Shown: positions 19,769-28,997 of the stretch, one piece after another | Numbering within the stretch: position 1 is the first letter of the stretch | Layout of the letters: each line of letters opens with the position of its first letter | The notes under the pieces: model-generated | The model's database searches: none | What the model was told of the DNA's origin: nothing | The model's input: the letters and a program-made list of their open reading frames with translations, nothing else | Translations under genes and position numbers: made by a program | Origin: a bacterium | GTDB lineage: Bacteria; UBP6; UBA1177 | NCBI GenBank assembly: GCA_017538365.1 | Contig: JAFYIZ010000047.1 | Span: 78,800 to 142,799 of the forward strand | Length of the DNA: 64,000 nucleotides | Direction: 5' to 3'

Positions 19769-20977
19769 TTAATGCAGTTTGGTCAGTGCTTCCCTGATTC
19801 TTCTGACGGCTTCAACGAGTTTATCCAGTGAGGTGGCGTAGGAAATGCGGATGCAGTCTCCGTTGCCGAAGGACTTGCCGGCCACACAGGCTACATGGGC
19901 GTTATAAAGCAGCCACATGCAGAGGTCGTCGCTGTCCTTAATGACGGTCTCGCCGTCGGTCTTGCCGTAATAATACTTCATGTCGGGGAAGACATAGAAT
20001 GCGCCTGCCGGGGTATTGCACTTCACGCCGGGAATCTCGTTCATCATCTTTACGACGGTATCACGGCGTTCGCGGAAAGCCTTCATCATGTTTCTGATCT
20101 CATCCGAGTTATCCGGACAAAGCTCAAGAGCCTTTACAGCTGCGGCCTGAGCGATGGTACAGATACCTGAAGTGATCTGTCCCTGGATCTTGTTGGCAGC
20201 CTTGACAATAGCCTGAGGAGCCGCAATGTAGCCGATTCTCCAACCGGTCATGGCATAGCCTTTTGCAACGCCGTTGACGATGACGAGACGGTCCTTCAGG
20301 AAGTCGAACTGACCCATACTCTCGTGTTTGTGCTCGTACTGTATGAACTCATAGATTTCGTCGGAGATGACGATGATGTTCGGGTGTTTCCTCAGCACTT
20401 CGGCGATAGACGAAAGTTCAGCCTTTGTGAAAACGCTGCCGCTCGGGTTGCAGGGCGTATTAATGAGAAGAGCCTTTGTTTTTGGAGTAATAGCCTTCTC
20501 AAAATCCTCTGCGGTGATTTTGAAGTCGTGTGCCATATCGCTCTTAACGATGACCGGCACGCCGCCGCTCAGTTTTACCATTTCGGGATAGGATACCCAG
20601 AAAGGAGCGGGAATGATGACCTCGTCGCCGTCGTTGAGGATTGCCTGCAGTACATTGTTGATTGCCTGCTTCGCGCCGTTTGAAACAAGGATGTCGCTCT
20701 CTTTGTAGTCAAGGCCGTTGTCGCGTTTCAGTTTTTCGGCAATCGCCTTGCGCAATGCCGGTGTGCCCGGAACAGGCGGGTAGTGCGTATCGTTGTTGTT
20801 GATAGCGTCGATAGCGGCCTGCTTGGCCGATACCGGTGTATTGAAGTCGGGTTCACCAATGCTCAGGCTGATGACATCTATGCCTTGTGCTTTAAGTTCA
20901 CGGCTCTTGTTGGTCATAGCCAGAGTGGCTGATTCAGTCATGTTCAAAACTCTGTTTGAAAGTGTGATTTCGCTCAT
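19769..20977 (-). CDS. Class I/II PLP-dependent aminotransferase (aspartate aminotransferase-like)
   Basis: ~400 aa, PLP-Lys region 'GVAKGYAMTGWRIGY' and the aminotransferase fold. Confidence 0.8.
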   Translation of the reverse strand: MSEITLSNRVLNMTESATLAMTNKSRELKAQGIDVISLSIGEPDFNTPVSAKQAAIDAINNNDTHYPPVPGTPALRKAIAEKLKRDNGLDYKESDILVSNGAKQAINNVLQAILNDGDEVIIPAPFWVSYPEMVKLSGGVPVIVKSDMAHDFKITAEDFEKAITPKTKALLINTPCNPSGSVFTKAELSSIAEVLRKHPNIIVISDEIYEFIQYEHKHESMGQFDFLKDRLVIVNGVAKGYAMTGWRIGYIAAPQAIVKAANKIQGQITSGICTIAQAAAVKALELCPDNSDEIRNMMKAFRERRDTVVKMMNEIPGVKCNTPAGAFYVFPDMKYYYGKTDGETVIKDSDDLCMWLLYNAHVACVAGKSFGNGDCIRISYATSLDKLVEAVRRIREALTKLH

Positions 20978-20999
20978 GATTTTTTAATCTCCATGTAAA

Positions 21000-22256
21000 T
21001 TAAAGGTCTGTCGGAGAGCAGATGAAGCCTTTTATTGCGGTCGCAGCGGCGGTCGCAGGGCTTGCAAGATAGATTTCGGACTGGTTGCAGCCCATTCTGC
21101 CTTTGAAGTTGCGGTTTGCCGTGCTGACAGTGATTTCACCGGGTGCCATGATGCCTTCGTGTGCACCCAAGCACGGTCCGCAGCCCGGATTCAGGATGAT
21201 TCCGCCCGCTTCGACGAAAATTTTGAAAAGTCCTTCTTCCATTGCCTTGAGGTAAATGTCGGAACTTGCCGGAAGAACGAGAAGTCTAGTCTCTTTCGCG
21301 ATATGTTTGCCTTTGAGGATTTCTGCGGCGATTCTGAAGTCTTCGATCCTGCCGTTCGTGCATGTTCCGATCAGCACCTGATTGACTTTTACATCGTGCA
21401 TATTGCTGACTTTGTTGACGTTGTCTACCGTGTGCGGCATTGCGACCATCGGTTCGATCTCGGAAACGTCGATCTCAAGAGTTTCCGCGTATTCGGCATC
21501 TGCATCGGGATAGATCGGAGTGTAGGCGTCACGCGGGATTCCGTGTTTTTCGAGGAAGCTGAAAACTTTCTCGTCGGGCGCCATGTATCCGTTTTTCGCG
21601 CCGATCTCAACCGACATATTTGTGAAAACGAGCCTGTCTGCAAGTTCGATGTTTTCAATGTAATCGCCTGAAAACTCTACACTTTTGTAAAGTGCGCCGT
21701 CAACTTTGATGAGTCCTGCGATGTGAAGGAGAACATCTTTTGAGGAAACGTAGGGTTTCGGTTTTCCCTTGAGGACGATCTTCATCGATTCGGGAACTTT
21801 GAGCCAGATTTCTCCAGTTGCCCAGATTCCAGCCGATTCGCTTCTTCCGATTCCTGTCGAGAATGCACCGAGCGCGCCGTATGTTACAGTGTGGGAGTCG
21901 CTGCCGACGATGAATTTGCCGGGAAGCGCGAAACCTTCTTCAACCGTGACCTGATGGCATATTCCGCGGCCGCAGTCGTAGAAATTCTTTATTCCCTGTT
22001 CCTTGACGAACTGACGCACAGTCTGGTGGTTTGTCGCCGCCTTTTCGTTTGCAGCCGGCACGATGTGGTCGAGAATTATCAGGATCTGATTCGGATCATC
22101 GACCTTTTTTCCGCCCATTTTTTTGAAGGTTGAATAAATCGCCGCGCTGTTGTCATGCGTAAGAACATGGTCTGGTCTGATAGTCAGGATCGTTCCCGGA
22201 ACAACCGGTCTTCCCGCCATTTTCGAAAAAATCTTCTCAGCAAATGTCTGTCCCAT
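21000..22256 (-). CDS. leuC: 3-isopropylmalate/homoaconitate dehydratase large subunit (archaeal-type LeuC, 418 aa)
   Basis: Aconitase-family motifs (GICHQV, Cys ligand region GTCTNGRIED, PGCGPCLG). No small-subunit gene is adjacent. Confidence 0.7.
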   Translation of the reverse strand: MGQTFAEKIFSKMAGRPVVPGTILTIRPDHVLTHDNSAAIYSTFKKMGGKKVDDPNQILIILDHIVPAANEKAATNHQTVRQFVKEQGIKNFYDCGRGICHQVTVEEGFALPGKFIVGSDSHTVTYGALGAFSTGIGRSESAGIWATGEIWLKVPESMKIVLKGKPKPYVSSKDVLLHIAGLIKVDGALYKSVEFSGDYIENIELADRLVFTNMSVEIGAKNGYMAPDEKVFSFLEKHGIPRDAYTPIYPDADAEYAETLEIDVSEIEPMVAMPHTVDNVNKVSNMHDVKVNQVLIGTCTNGRIEDFRIAAEILKGKHIAKETRLLVLPASSDIYLKAMEEGLFKIFVEAGGIILNPGCGPCLGAHEGIMAPGEITVSTANRNFKGRMGCNQSEIYLASPATAAATAIKGFICSPTDL

Positions 22257-22325
22257 TTTTTTACCTCATTTCCAATTTAACAAAAACCTAAAAATCGGCG
22301 GATTTTGGCACTTTTTGCAAATAAC

Positions 22326-23561
22326 TCAACTTTTATTTTTGATTTTTTCCCAGTATTCCTTGATTTTCGCTTCGTAGCCGATGTTTTTCATCCTGTAGAA
22401 TTGCGGCGGCTCCACGTCACCGGGAAAATAGCGCTGGTCGACCCAGTGGTTTTCGTAGTCGTGCGGATATTTGTAGTCTCCTTTCTCCTCTCCTGGAGCG
22501 AAAGAGGAGTCGTTGATGAGGTGCTTCGGGATCTCAAGTGTCGGATTTTCTTTGAAATAATCTTCGGCGGCGTGAAGTCCCAGATAGCTTGCGTTGCTTT
22601 TGGGAGCGGTAGCCAGATAGTTCACGATGTGGGCTAAAATTATCTTTCCTTCGGGGTATCCCACGGCCTGAAAGGCGTGAAGAGCCGCAACTGCGAGCTC
22701 AAGCGCTCTCGGATCGGCATTTCCGACATCTTCTGAAGCGAAAATTATCATTCTTCGCAGCAGGAAGAGCGGGTTGTCGCCAGATTCTATCATTTTGATG
22801 AGATAGTAGAGCGCCGCGTCGGGGTCGCTTCCGCGGAGACTTTTGATGAAAGCAGATATCGTGCGGTAGTGGAAATCTCCCGTTTTATCGTACTGGTTAG
22901 GGTTTTCGACTAACTCCATCACGTTTTCCCGTGTTATTTTGCCGCCTCCGCTAAGATGGAATGCGCTTTCCATGATAGAAACTGCGATTCTAACGTCTCC
23001 AGAAGCCTCTTTCGCGATTATTTCAAGGAGTTCTTCATCGATCTCGGCTTTTAAATAATCGACCGCGCGGTGCAAAACCGTGATTATGTCGGAAACTGAA
23101 ATTTTCGAAAAACGGACGCTTCTAGCGCGGGAGAGCAGGGCGTTATTGACATAAAACGACGGATTTTCGGTTGTCGCGCCGATAAAAATAACACCTTCGT
23201 TCTCTATCATCGGAAGAAAAATATCCTGCTGCGCCTTGTTGAACCGGTGGATCTCGTCGATAAAGACTATCTGCTTGTCGACGAAAACCGATTCCCTGTC
23301 TTTGTAAAGGATCTTCTTTATATCAGCGGAACTGTCTGTGACTGCTGAAAATTTGTAGAGTTTTGCTCCGTAAAGCCCTGCTGCGATGCGTGCCACCGTC
23401 GTTTTGCCGGTTCCTGGCGGGCCGTAAAAGACCATTGAAGGCAGAAAACCAGATTTCAGGAATGATTTCAGTAATTTAATGACATTCTGCTGACCGACGA
23501 TTTCATCGAATGTTTCGGGCCTGAGCACCGAATACAGGGGAATGTAAGCTGAATCGTTCAT
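22326..23561 (-). CDS. rarA: Replication-associated recombination protein A (AAA+ ATPase)
   Basis: Walker A 'GPPGTGKTT', Walker B '[12 protein letters not shown]' and the MgsA C-terminal domain. Confidence 0.85.
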   Translation of the reverse strand: MNDSAYIPLYSVLRPETFDEIVGQQNVIKLLKSFLKSGFLPSMVFYGPPGTGKTTVARIAAGLYGAKLYKFSAVTDSSADIKKILYKDRESVFVDKQIVFIDEIHRFNKAQQDIFLPMIENEGVIFIGATTENPSFYVNNALLSRARSVRFSKISVSDIITVLHRAVDYLKAEIDEELLEIIAKEASGDVRIAVSIMESAFHLSGGGKITRENVMELVENPNQYDKTGDFHYRTISAFIKSLRGSDPDAALYYLIKMIESGDNPLFLLRRMIIFASEDVGNADPRALELAVAALHAFQAVGYPEGKIILAHIVNYLATAPKSNASYLGLHAAEDYFKENPTLEIPKHLINDSSFAPGEEKGDYKYPHDYENHWVDQRYFPGDVEPPQFYRMKNIGYEAKIKEYWEKIKNKS

Positions 23562-25219
23562 TTCTTTTTGGTAGGAACTGTGCCGTCGGGATTGAGGCCG
23601 CGTGCCTTGTAGTCGGCTTTGATTCTGGCCTCTTTTACATCATCAGAAGTCATGAATAAATCTTTGTGTTTTTCTGGAACGAAGACGGTCGAATCGTTTT
23701 TGAGGACTGCAAAAATCGTATCGGGAAATCCTTTTTCGTGGTCAGCGATCCGAGCGTCATCCGAAATGAAAAGAGAGTAGGAGAGCATGCGTGCCCTTAC
23801 CGGATCTTCTTCATCGATAACGAAAGCCGCGAGGTTGTTTTCAACCTGTTCTGCAGTTCTCCAGTCAACAGGAGTATCGTATTTCCGGAACATCGTCTTC
23901 TTGATCGGATCAAAGAAGAAGGTTTTGTCGGGATAATCCTTTTTGAGCTGGATAAGATAAGCGTTTTTCGCCTCGTATTCTTTGATGGAATCCAGATCTT
24001 TTCTTATTTTTTCGCTAAGCTCTTCCATTCTAACCATTATCACGTTCTCGTTTCTGCGCGTGATGACGAAATATCCCTCTTCGGGCATGAGCTTTATCGC
24101 GCCGCGGATTTTGTCGGTAACCGAGAAAGGATCGTCGATAGAAACCGACCAGCGGACATATTCTTTCGGGAGTTTCCACATTCCGTGGCGGTCGCCGAGA
24201 TAAATGAGATAGTTGAATTTCACTTTCGGCAGTTTTTCCTTGAGCTGCTTCATGAAAAGGGCTTCACGGAAGAAGTTGACGTCGATGCTGATATTCGGGC
24301 TCAGGATTTTGACACTTTTTTTCTCGTCGTTGAGCTCGATTTTTTTAGGATCGGCGTAGGGGATAAACGCTTTTGCATTCTCGAATTTCGGAGCTTCATC
24401 GATCGTCGAGTGGATTTTGATGTAAGCTAAAATGTTAAGCAGAAGCGCCTTTTTCTCGTTTTCTGAGATCGAAGAAGGCTTTGAAAGAGCCTCTTTCAGC
24501 ATTTTTGCAAAAGTCTTATCCGCCAGTTTGTAGATCTGATTTGCTATATCCTCTACTGAAGAAGCCGAATCTGTCTTTTCCTTCGTCAGAGTGTCGAGAA
24601 GTTTCTTTCTGTTCTGAATCTCGGTAGGAGAAAGCATCGGGTTATCGAAAAGATAGTTCAAAACGACTTCAGCTTTTGCGTAAGCCGTTGATTTCTTTTT
24701 ATAATTCCGATACTGACGATCCCAGAATTCCGAAATTTCGCCTGATGCTAAATTGTAGTAGGAAATTTCCGACATTTTTTTGCCGGTTTCGATAAGCCCG
24801 TAAAGCGCGGGAAACGATGAAAGATTCTGCTCTTCCTTAATAATTTCGCCGGTTTCCGAGTGTGTCTCGTTAATGAGCTTGGCGACATTGAGCATTTCGT
24901 TCACTTCGTTTTCCGACTGCCGGATCATCGCGTAAAACTCTTTGTTCCAGAAGTCTGAACCAAGGTTTGTAGCTCTTATCACCAGTTTGTTTTCTTCAAA
25001 AACCGTGTAGGTTACCGGTTGTTCTACGAAAAAATCTTTGTAGTAATCGGAATACTGCTTTGCTGCGGCGAACCGGTCGTAATCTTTATCGCCCGTCCAT
25101 TTGATCATGAAATAGAGGAAAAGCCCGCCGACAATGATAAGGAGAATTAAATAGCGCCAGTGGGAATTGCCGTTTCTGCCCGCAAGTTCCGAGGCGCGAA
25201 CTTTTCTTTTGGGAGACAT
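23558..25219 (-). CDS. Hypothetical membrane-anchored protein (553 aa)
   Basis: A single N-terminal TM (YLILLIIVGGLFLYFMI). The rest is hydrophilic with no recognisable motif. It overlaps rarA and the KH-protein gene by 4 nt at each junction. Confidence 0.4.
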   Translation of the reverse strand: MSPKRKVRASELAGRNGNSHWRYLILLIIVGGLFLYFMIKWTGDKDYDRFAAAKQYSDYYKDFFVEQPVTYTVFEENKLVIRATNLGSDFWNKEFYAMIRQSENEVNEMLNVAKLINETHSETGEIIKEEQNLSSFPALYGLIETGKKMSEISYYNLASGEISEFWDRQYRNYKKKSTAYAKAEVVLNYLFDNPMLSPTEIQNRKKLLDTLTKEKTDSASSVEDIANQIYKLADKTFAKMLKEALSKPSSISENEKKALLLNILAYIKIHSTIDEAPKFENAKAFIPYADPKKIELNDEKKSVKILSPNISIDVNFFREALFMKQLKEKLPKVKFNYLIYLGDRHGMWKLPKEYVRWSVSIDDPFSVTDKIRGAIKLMPEEGYFVITRRNENVIMVRMEELSEKIRKDLDSIKEYEAKNAYLIQLKKDYPDKTFFFDPIKKTMFRKYDTPVDWRTAEQVENNLAAFVIDEEDPVRARMLSYSLFISDDARIADHEKGFPDTIFAVLKNDSTVFVPEKHKDLFMTSDDVKEARIKADYKARGLNPDGTVPTKKK

Positions 25220-25470
25220 TATTTGTTCTCTTCGATGATTTCCAAAACGACTTTCTGATTCTGACGGCTTGCGACTGCGCTGATGAGCGTGCGGAGAGCG
25301 TTTGCGGTTCTGCCGCTTTTACCGATGACTTTGCCTACATCTTCCGGAGCGACCCTGAGTTCGATGATGGCGGTATTCTTTCCTTCAATGTAGCTGACTT
25401 CAACTGCATCTGGAACATCAACCAGTTTTTTTGCAATAAATTCAACAAATTCTTTCATGAGATCCTCCAA
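25219..25470 (-). CDS. KH-domain RNA-binding protein (UPF0109/YlqC-like)
   Basis: 'VGKVIGKSGRTANALR' GXXG KH loop, ~80 aa. Confidence 0.7.
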   Translation of the reverse strand: MEDLMKEFVEFIAKKLVDVPDAVEVSYIEGKNTAIIELRVAPEDVGKVIGKSGRTANALRTLISAVASRQNQKVVLEIIEENK

Positions 25471-25553
25471 AAAATCAGGTTAGAAAATAACTCTTAACAC
25501 GACAAAACATATAATTTTATATGGTTTTTGATGAAATGCAATTTTTTATAAAA

Positions 25554-27122
25554 TTATTGTTGTCCTGTTCCAGGTTTGTGTTCGTAAACATCCCACCTGA
25601 AGTTGTCGATGAGGACAAGGGAATCGTACTGCGCATCGTTCAGATCCCAGATGGCGAGTCTCAAAGTTATGATTTCTTTGCCTTTAACATTTCCGCGAGT
25701 CGTAAGCCAGCCTGTTCCTCCGTGTGATTCAAAGCCTGTTCCCTGCAGTTCTTCCGTTCCGGTGCAGGATGTTACTTCGACATGGTAGTTTTCACCGTTG
25801 TTTCCGTTTACGTTTTTACACTGGGTGAAAAGCCCGTCGGGAGCAAGATTTATCCCTACCGGATTGCCGTTGCTGTCCATCGCAAGATTTTTATCGGCGG
25901 GATTCTGCAGAGTCGGATCGCTGCTTTTGTAGGTAGAATCAAGCAGCGCGAGAAAAAAGTCGTTGTATCGTGAGCATATCCATGTCGGGTATTCTTCTGT
26001 CAAAAAGTAGATGTTAAAACTGAACGATTTTGCTGTTTTCGGAGTTTTTATCCTCATTGTAAGCATGACTGCATTCCGGACGCCGCCCTGTGTTCCGGAA
26101 TGATCTTCTCCGGTTTCTTCGTCTTTGCATACCGGAGCCGCAGGGAATTTATTGTCATTCGCTTCAAGCCAGTCGGAAGGAGCACCTGAATAATTATCCA
26201 AAGAGGTGTATCCTTTGAAAGGATCTGTGACTAATCCTGTACTCAAACCAACCATGAATTTGCCCTCTTTCGGTCTGATTACATTACCGAGTTTTAAAAG
26301 CATACCGTTGCTTCCTTTGTGAACATCGGCGGATTTGCCTGTCGGAGTCGATATTTCGGCACTGATAAGTCCCCATTCCTCCGAATCTTCAGTTGTGGTC
26401 TGGCAGATGCCTATAGCTTTCGCATAATCATAAGGATCGGTTGAATCCTGTTGGATCTCCGAATCGCAGTCGTAAATAATTTCTTCATGTTCATATATGC
26501 AGAGATGGTCCTGATTTCCGGCATCCCATGCCTCGTTCGGATTCGGGCACTGTTCGTTAGTTTCGCAGCAGTCTGAACATGAGCCGTGGCCGTCGCCGTC
26601 GAAATCTGTTCCGTCATCAACGACACCGTTGCAGTCGTCGTCAATACCGTTGCCGCAGAGTTCATCGCCGGTTTCGTACACAGGCAGAACTTCGCCAACG
26701 CATTTTCCCCATTTTCCATCTTCTTGGCAGGTGCTTATTCCGGCTTTGCACGGACCGACATCTTCTGTTTCAGGAAGTCCCTGATATGTGCATTTCTGTG
26801 TGTCTCCGGGAGTGCAGTTTCCGTTTATCGGATCATTGTCATCGGGGTTTTCCGGATTTTCAGTGTCTCCGACATCTTCGGAATGGTCGGCATCGTTTTT
26901 TTCAGGTGAATCGGAATCGCTGTCTTTTTTTTCATTTTCTTCGTCAGGGTTTTCGATACAAATTTTCTTTTCGGGATCGCATGTCAGACCGATCCGGCAG
27001 TCAAAAGACGATTCGCATTCCTGACCGATGCCGGCAGTATTTTCCTCATCTTCGTCATCGGAGCATGAAACAAACGAAAATACAAAAAACGCAAGCAATA
27101 TAACAACTTTGAAAAGCTTCAT
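25554..27122 (-). CDS. Secreted Cys-rich acidic lipoprotein with a MopE-like metal-binding motif (paralog 1)
   Basis: Lipobox FVSCSDD, an acidic linker, 'CGNGIDDDCNGVVDDGTDFDGDGHGSCSDCC' and a C-terminal domain ending GTGQQ. ATG at 27122 with a GGAG RBS. Confidence 0.5.
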   Translation of the reverse strand: MKLFKVVILLAFFVFSFVSCSDDEDEENTAGIGQECESSFDCRIGLTCDPEKKICIENPDEENEKKDSDSDSPEKNDADHSEDVGDTENPENPDDNDPINGNCTPGDTQKCTYQGLPETEDVGPCKAGISTCQEDGKWGKCVGEVLPVYETGDELCGNGIDDDCNGVVDDGTDFDGDGHGSCSDCCETNEQCPNPNEAWDAGNQDHLCIYEHEEIIYDCDSEIQQDSTDPYDYAKAIGICQTTTEDSEEWGLISAEISTPTGKSADVHKGSNGMLLKLGNVIRPKEGKFMVGLSTGLVTDPFKGYTSLDNYSGAPSDWLEANDNKFPAAPVCKDEETGEDHSGTQGGVRNAVMLTMRIKTPKTAKSFSFNIYFLTEEYPTWICSRYNDFFLALLDSTYKSSDPTLQNPADKNLAMDSNGNPVGINLAPDGLFTQCKNVNGNNGENYHVEVTSCTGTEELQGTGFESHGGTGWLTTRGNVKGKEIITLRLAIWDLNDAQYDSLVLIDNFRWDVYEHKPGTGQQ

Positions 27123-27169
27123 CTTATTCTCCAATACAAAGACCATAAATTTAAGCTGGAAAAATTAAA

Positions 27170-28915
27170 TTACTGCTGACCGGTTCCCGCTTTTGCAGGT
27201 TTGGGAAGCCATTTGAAACCGTCGAGAAGGACTGTCGAATCCCACGAATGGTCTGGACCGTAGCTGACTTCTCCCTGTTCCCAAAGCGCGAGCCTCAAAG
27301 TTATCGTTTCGCCGGGAACAACGTTTCCGCGTGTCGTGAGCCAGCCCGTTCCGCCGCTGCTGAAAGTGTCAAACCCCGTGCCTTCGAGAAGAGTGGTTCC
27401 CTGAGTGCAGTTCGAAGCATAGCTGCCGTTAGAGCCGCAGACCATGAAAAGCCCGTTCGGAGCAAGGTCTACGCCGACAGGATTACCTTTGTCATCTTTT
27501 GCCAGGTTTTTGTCGTAAGGATTCTGGAATTCGTCATCGGGATAAGTCGTATTGTGTTCAGAATCAAGCAGAGCGATGAAAAAGTCGTTGTAGTTGTTGT
27601 CGTTGCATACTGTATTTGGGTATTCGACTGAAAAGAAGAAGAGGTTGAACTGGAAAGCTCTTGCATTCATCGGCGCTTTAACCTTGAGCGTCAGCATGAT
27701 CGGGTCCTGAACGGATGGAATGGTTTTGTTTTCGCACTGATTCGAAAGTTCTTCCGTAATTTCGGTTCCTCCGCATGAAGGGGATTTCGGGATTGCACAG
27801 TTCGGCATCATATTTATCCAATCCGAAGGAATTTTGCTTGCAGTTTTCATGTCACCTGCTTCCAAAGTTGCACACTCGGCATCTTTTGTCGGCTTGTTCC
27901 ACGGACCAGTCGAAAGAATTGCGATTTTTGAGCCTTCCATCGGAGTGATGTTGTTGCCGAATTTCGGTTCTGCCGCAAAAGTTTTGTAGTCGTTTTCGTA
28001 ATATGGCATAGACCGGCTTGGTCTGTCGGATTTATCATATGTGGTTCCTGTAAAAATGTTGTAGGAACCGCACGAATCATTCGCAATGTTTTCCGTTACC
28101 GGATCTCCGGCGAGTGAAATTTCAGCCGAGACAAGCTGGTCGCCGCATATTCCCATCGCGTGAGCAAGTTTTATCGCATTTCCTGCGTAGTCACCGACAG
28201 CAAGCGGTTCGTCAGTACCGTCGCATGAAGTAGCTTCGTCAACTTCACCGTTGCAGTTGTTATCGACTTCATCGCCGATCATTTCGTAAGCTCCGGGATA
28301 TATTGTAGCCGGATCAAATCCGTTGCAGCTGGATGCAGTTTCGCAGCAGTCGGAGCATGCGCCGAAACCGTCACCGTCGAAATCGGTTCCGTCGTCAACG
28401 ACACCGTTGCAGTCGTCGTCAATGCCGTTGCTGCAGAGTTCATTGCCGATTTCGTTTACCGGCAGAACTTCGCCTGCGCATTTTCCCCATGTTCCGTCTT
28501 CTTTGCATGTACTGATTCCGCGTCTGCACGGACCTACGTTTTCTGTGGCAGGATCGGCCTGATAGTCGCATCCGCAAGTGTCGCCGGGGATACATGCGCT
28601 GCTCATTGAACACTCTTTTACAGGAGGATTGTTGTTGCCGGAGTCGCCGTTGTCGTCTCCTGAATGGTCGCTGTCGCTGTTGTCATCGCCGGAATGATCG
28701 CTGTCGCTGTCGGAAACATCTGAATTGTTGCCGTTTCCTGATTGTTGTGTGCAAACCTTCTGTTCAGGATGGCAGTAATATCCTACAGGACAGTCCAAAT
28801 TAGAGGAGCATGCCGCGCCTTGACTGTTTCCCTCGTTTTCATCCTCATCGCCAGTGCATGAAACAAAGCAAAACACAAAAACAGTGATTATTAAAACAAA
28901 TCTTAAAAGTTTCAT
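27170..28915 (-). CDS. Secreted Cys-rich acidic lipoprotein with a MopE-like metal-binding motif (paralog 2)
   Basis: Lipobox FVSCTGD, repeats SDSDHSGDDN, 'CSNGIDDDCNGVVDDGTDFDGDGFGACSDCC', a C-terminal domain collinear with paralog 1 (NDFFIALLDS...TGWLTTRGNV...TLRLA.W) and ending GTGQQ. Confidence 0.5.
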   Translation of the reverse strand: MKLLRFVLIITVFVFCFVSCTGDEDENEGNSQGAACSSNLDCPVGYYCHPEQKVCTQQSGNGNNSDVSDSDSDHSGDDNSDSDHSGDDNGDSGNNNPPVKECSMSSACIPGDTCGCDYQADPATENVGPCRRGISTCKEDGTWGKCAGEVLPVNEIGNELCSNGIDDDCNGVVDDGTDFDGDGFGACSDCCETASSCNGFDPATIYPGAYEMIGDEVDNNCNGEVDEATSCDGTDEPLAVGDYAGNAIKLAHAMGICGDQLVSAEISLAGDPVTENIANDSCGSYNIFTGTTYDKSDRPSRSMPYYENDYKTFAAEPKFGNNITPMEGSKIAILSTGPWNKPTKDAECATLEAGDMKTASKIPSDWINMMPNCAIPKSPSCGGTEITEELSNQCENKTIPSVQDPIMLTLKVKAPMNARAFQFNLFFFSVEYPNTVCNDNNYNDFFIALLDSEHNTTYPDDEFQNPYDKNLAKDDKGNPVGVDLAPNGLFMVCGSNGSYASNCTQGTTLLEGTGFDTFSSGGTGWLTTRGNVVPGETITLRLALWEQGEVSYGPDHSWDSTVLLDGFKWLPKPAKAGTGQQ

Positions 28916-28997
28916 AGTATCCTCCAATACAGAAACCAAAAATGCCTTAATTATAGATTTGTAATGAAAATAATCAAGTGGAAGGAGAAGCGTTTTG

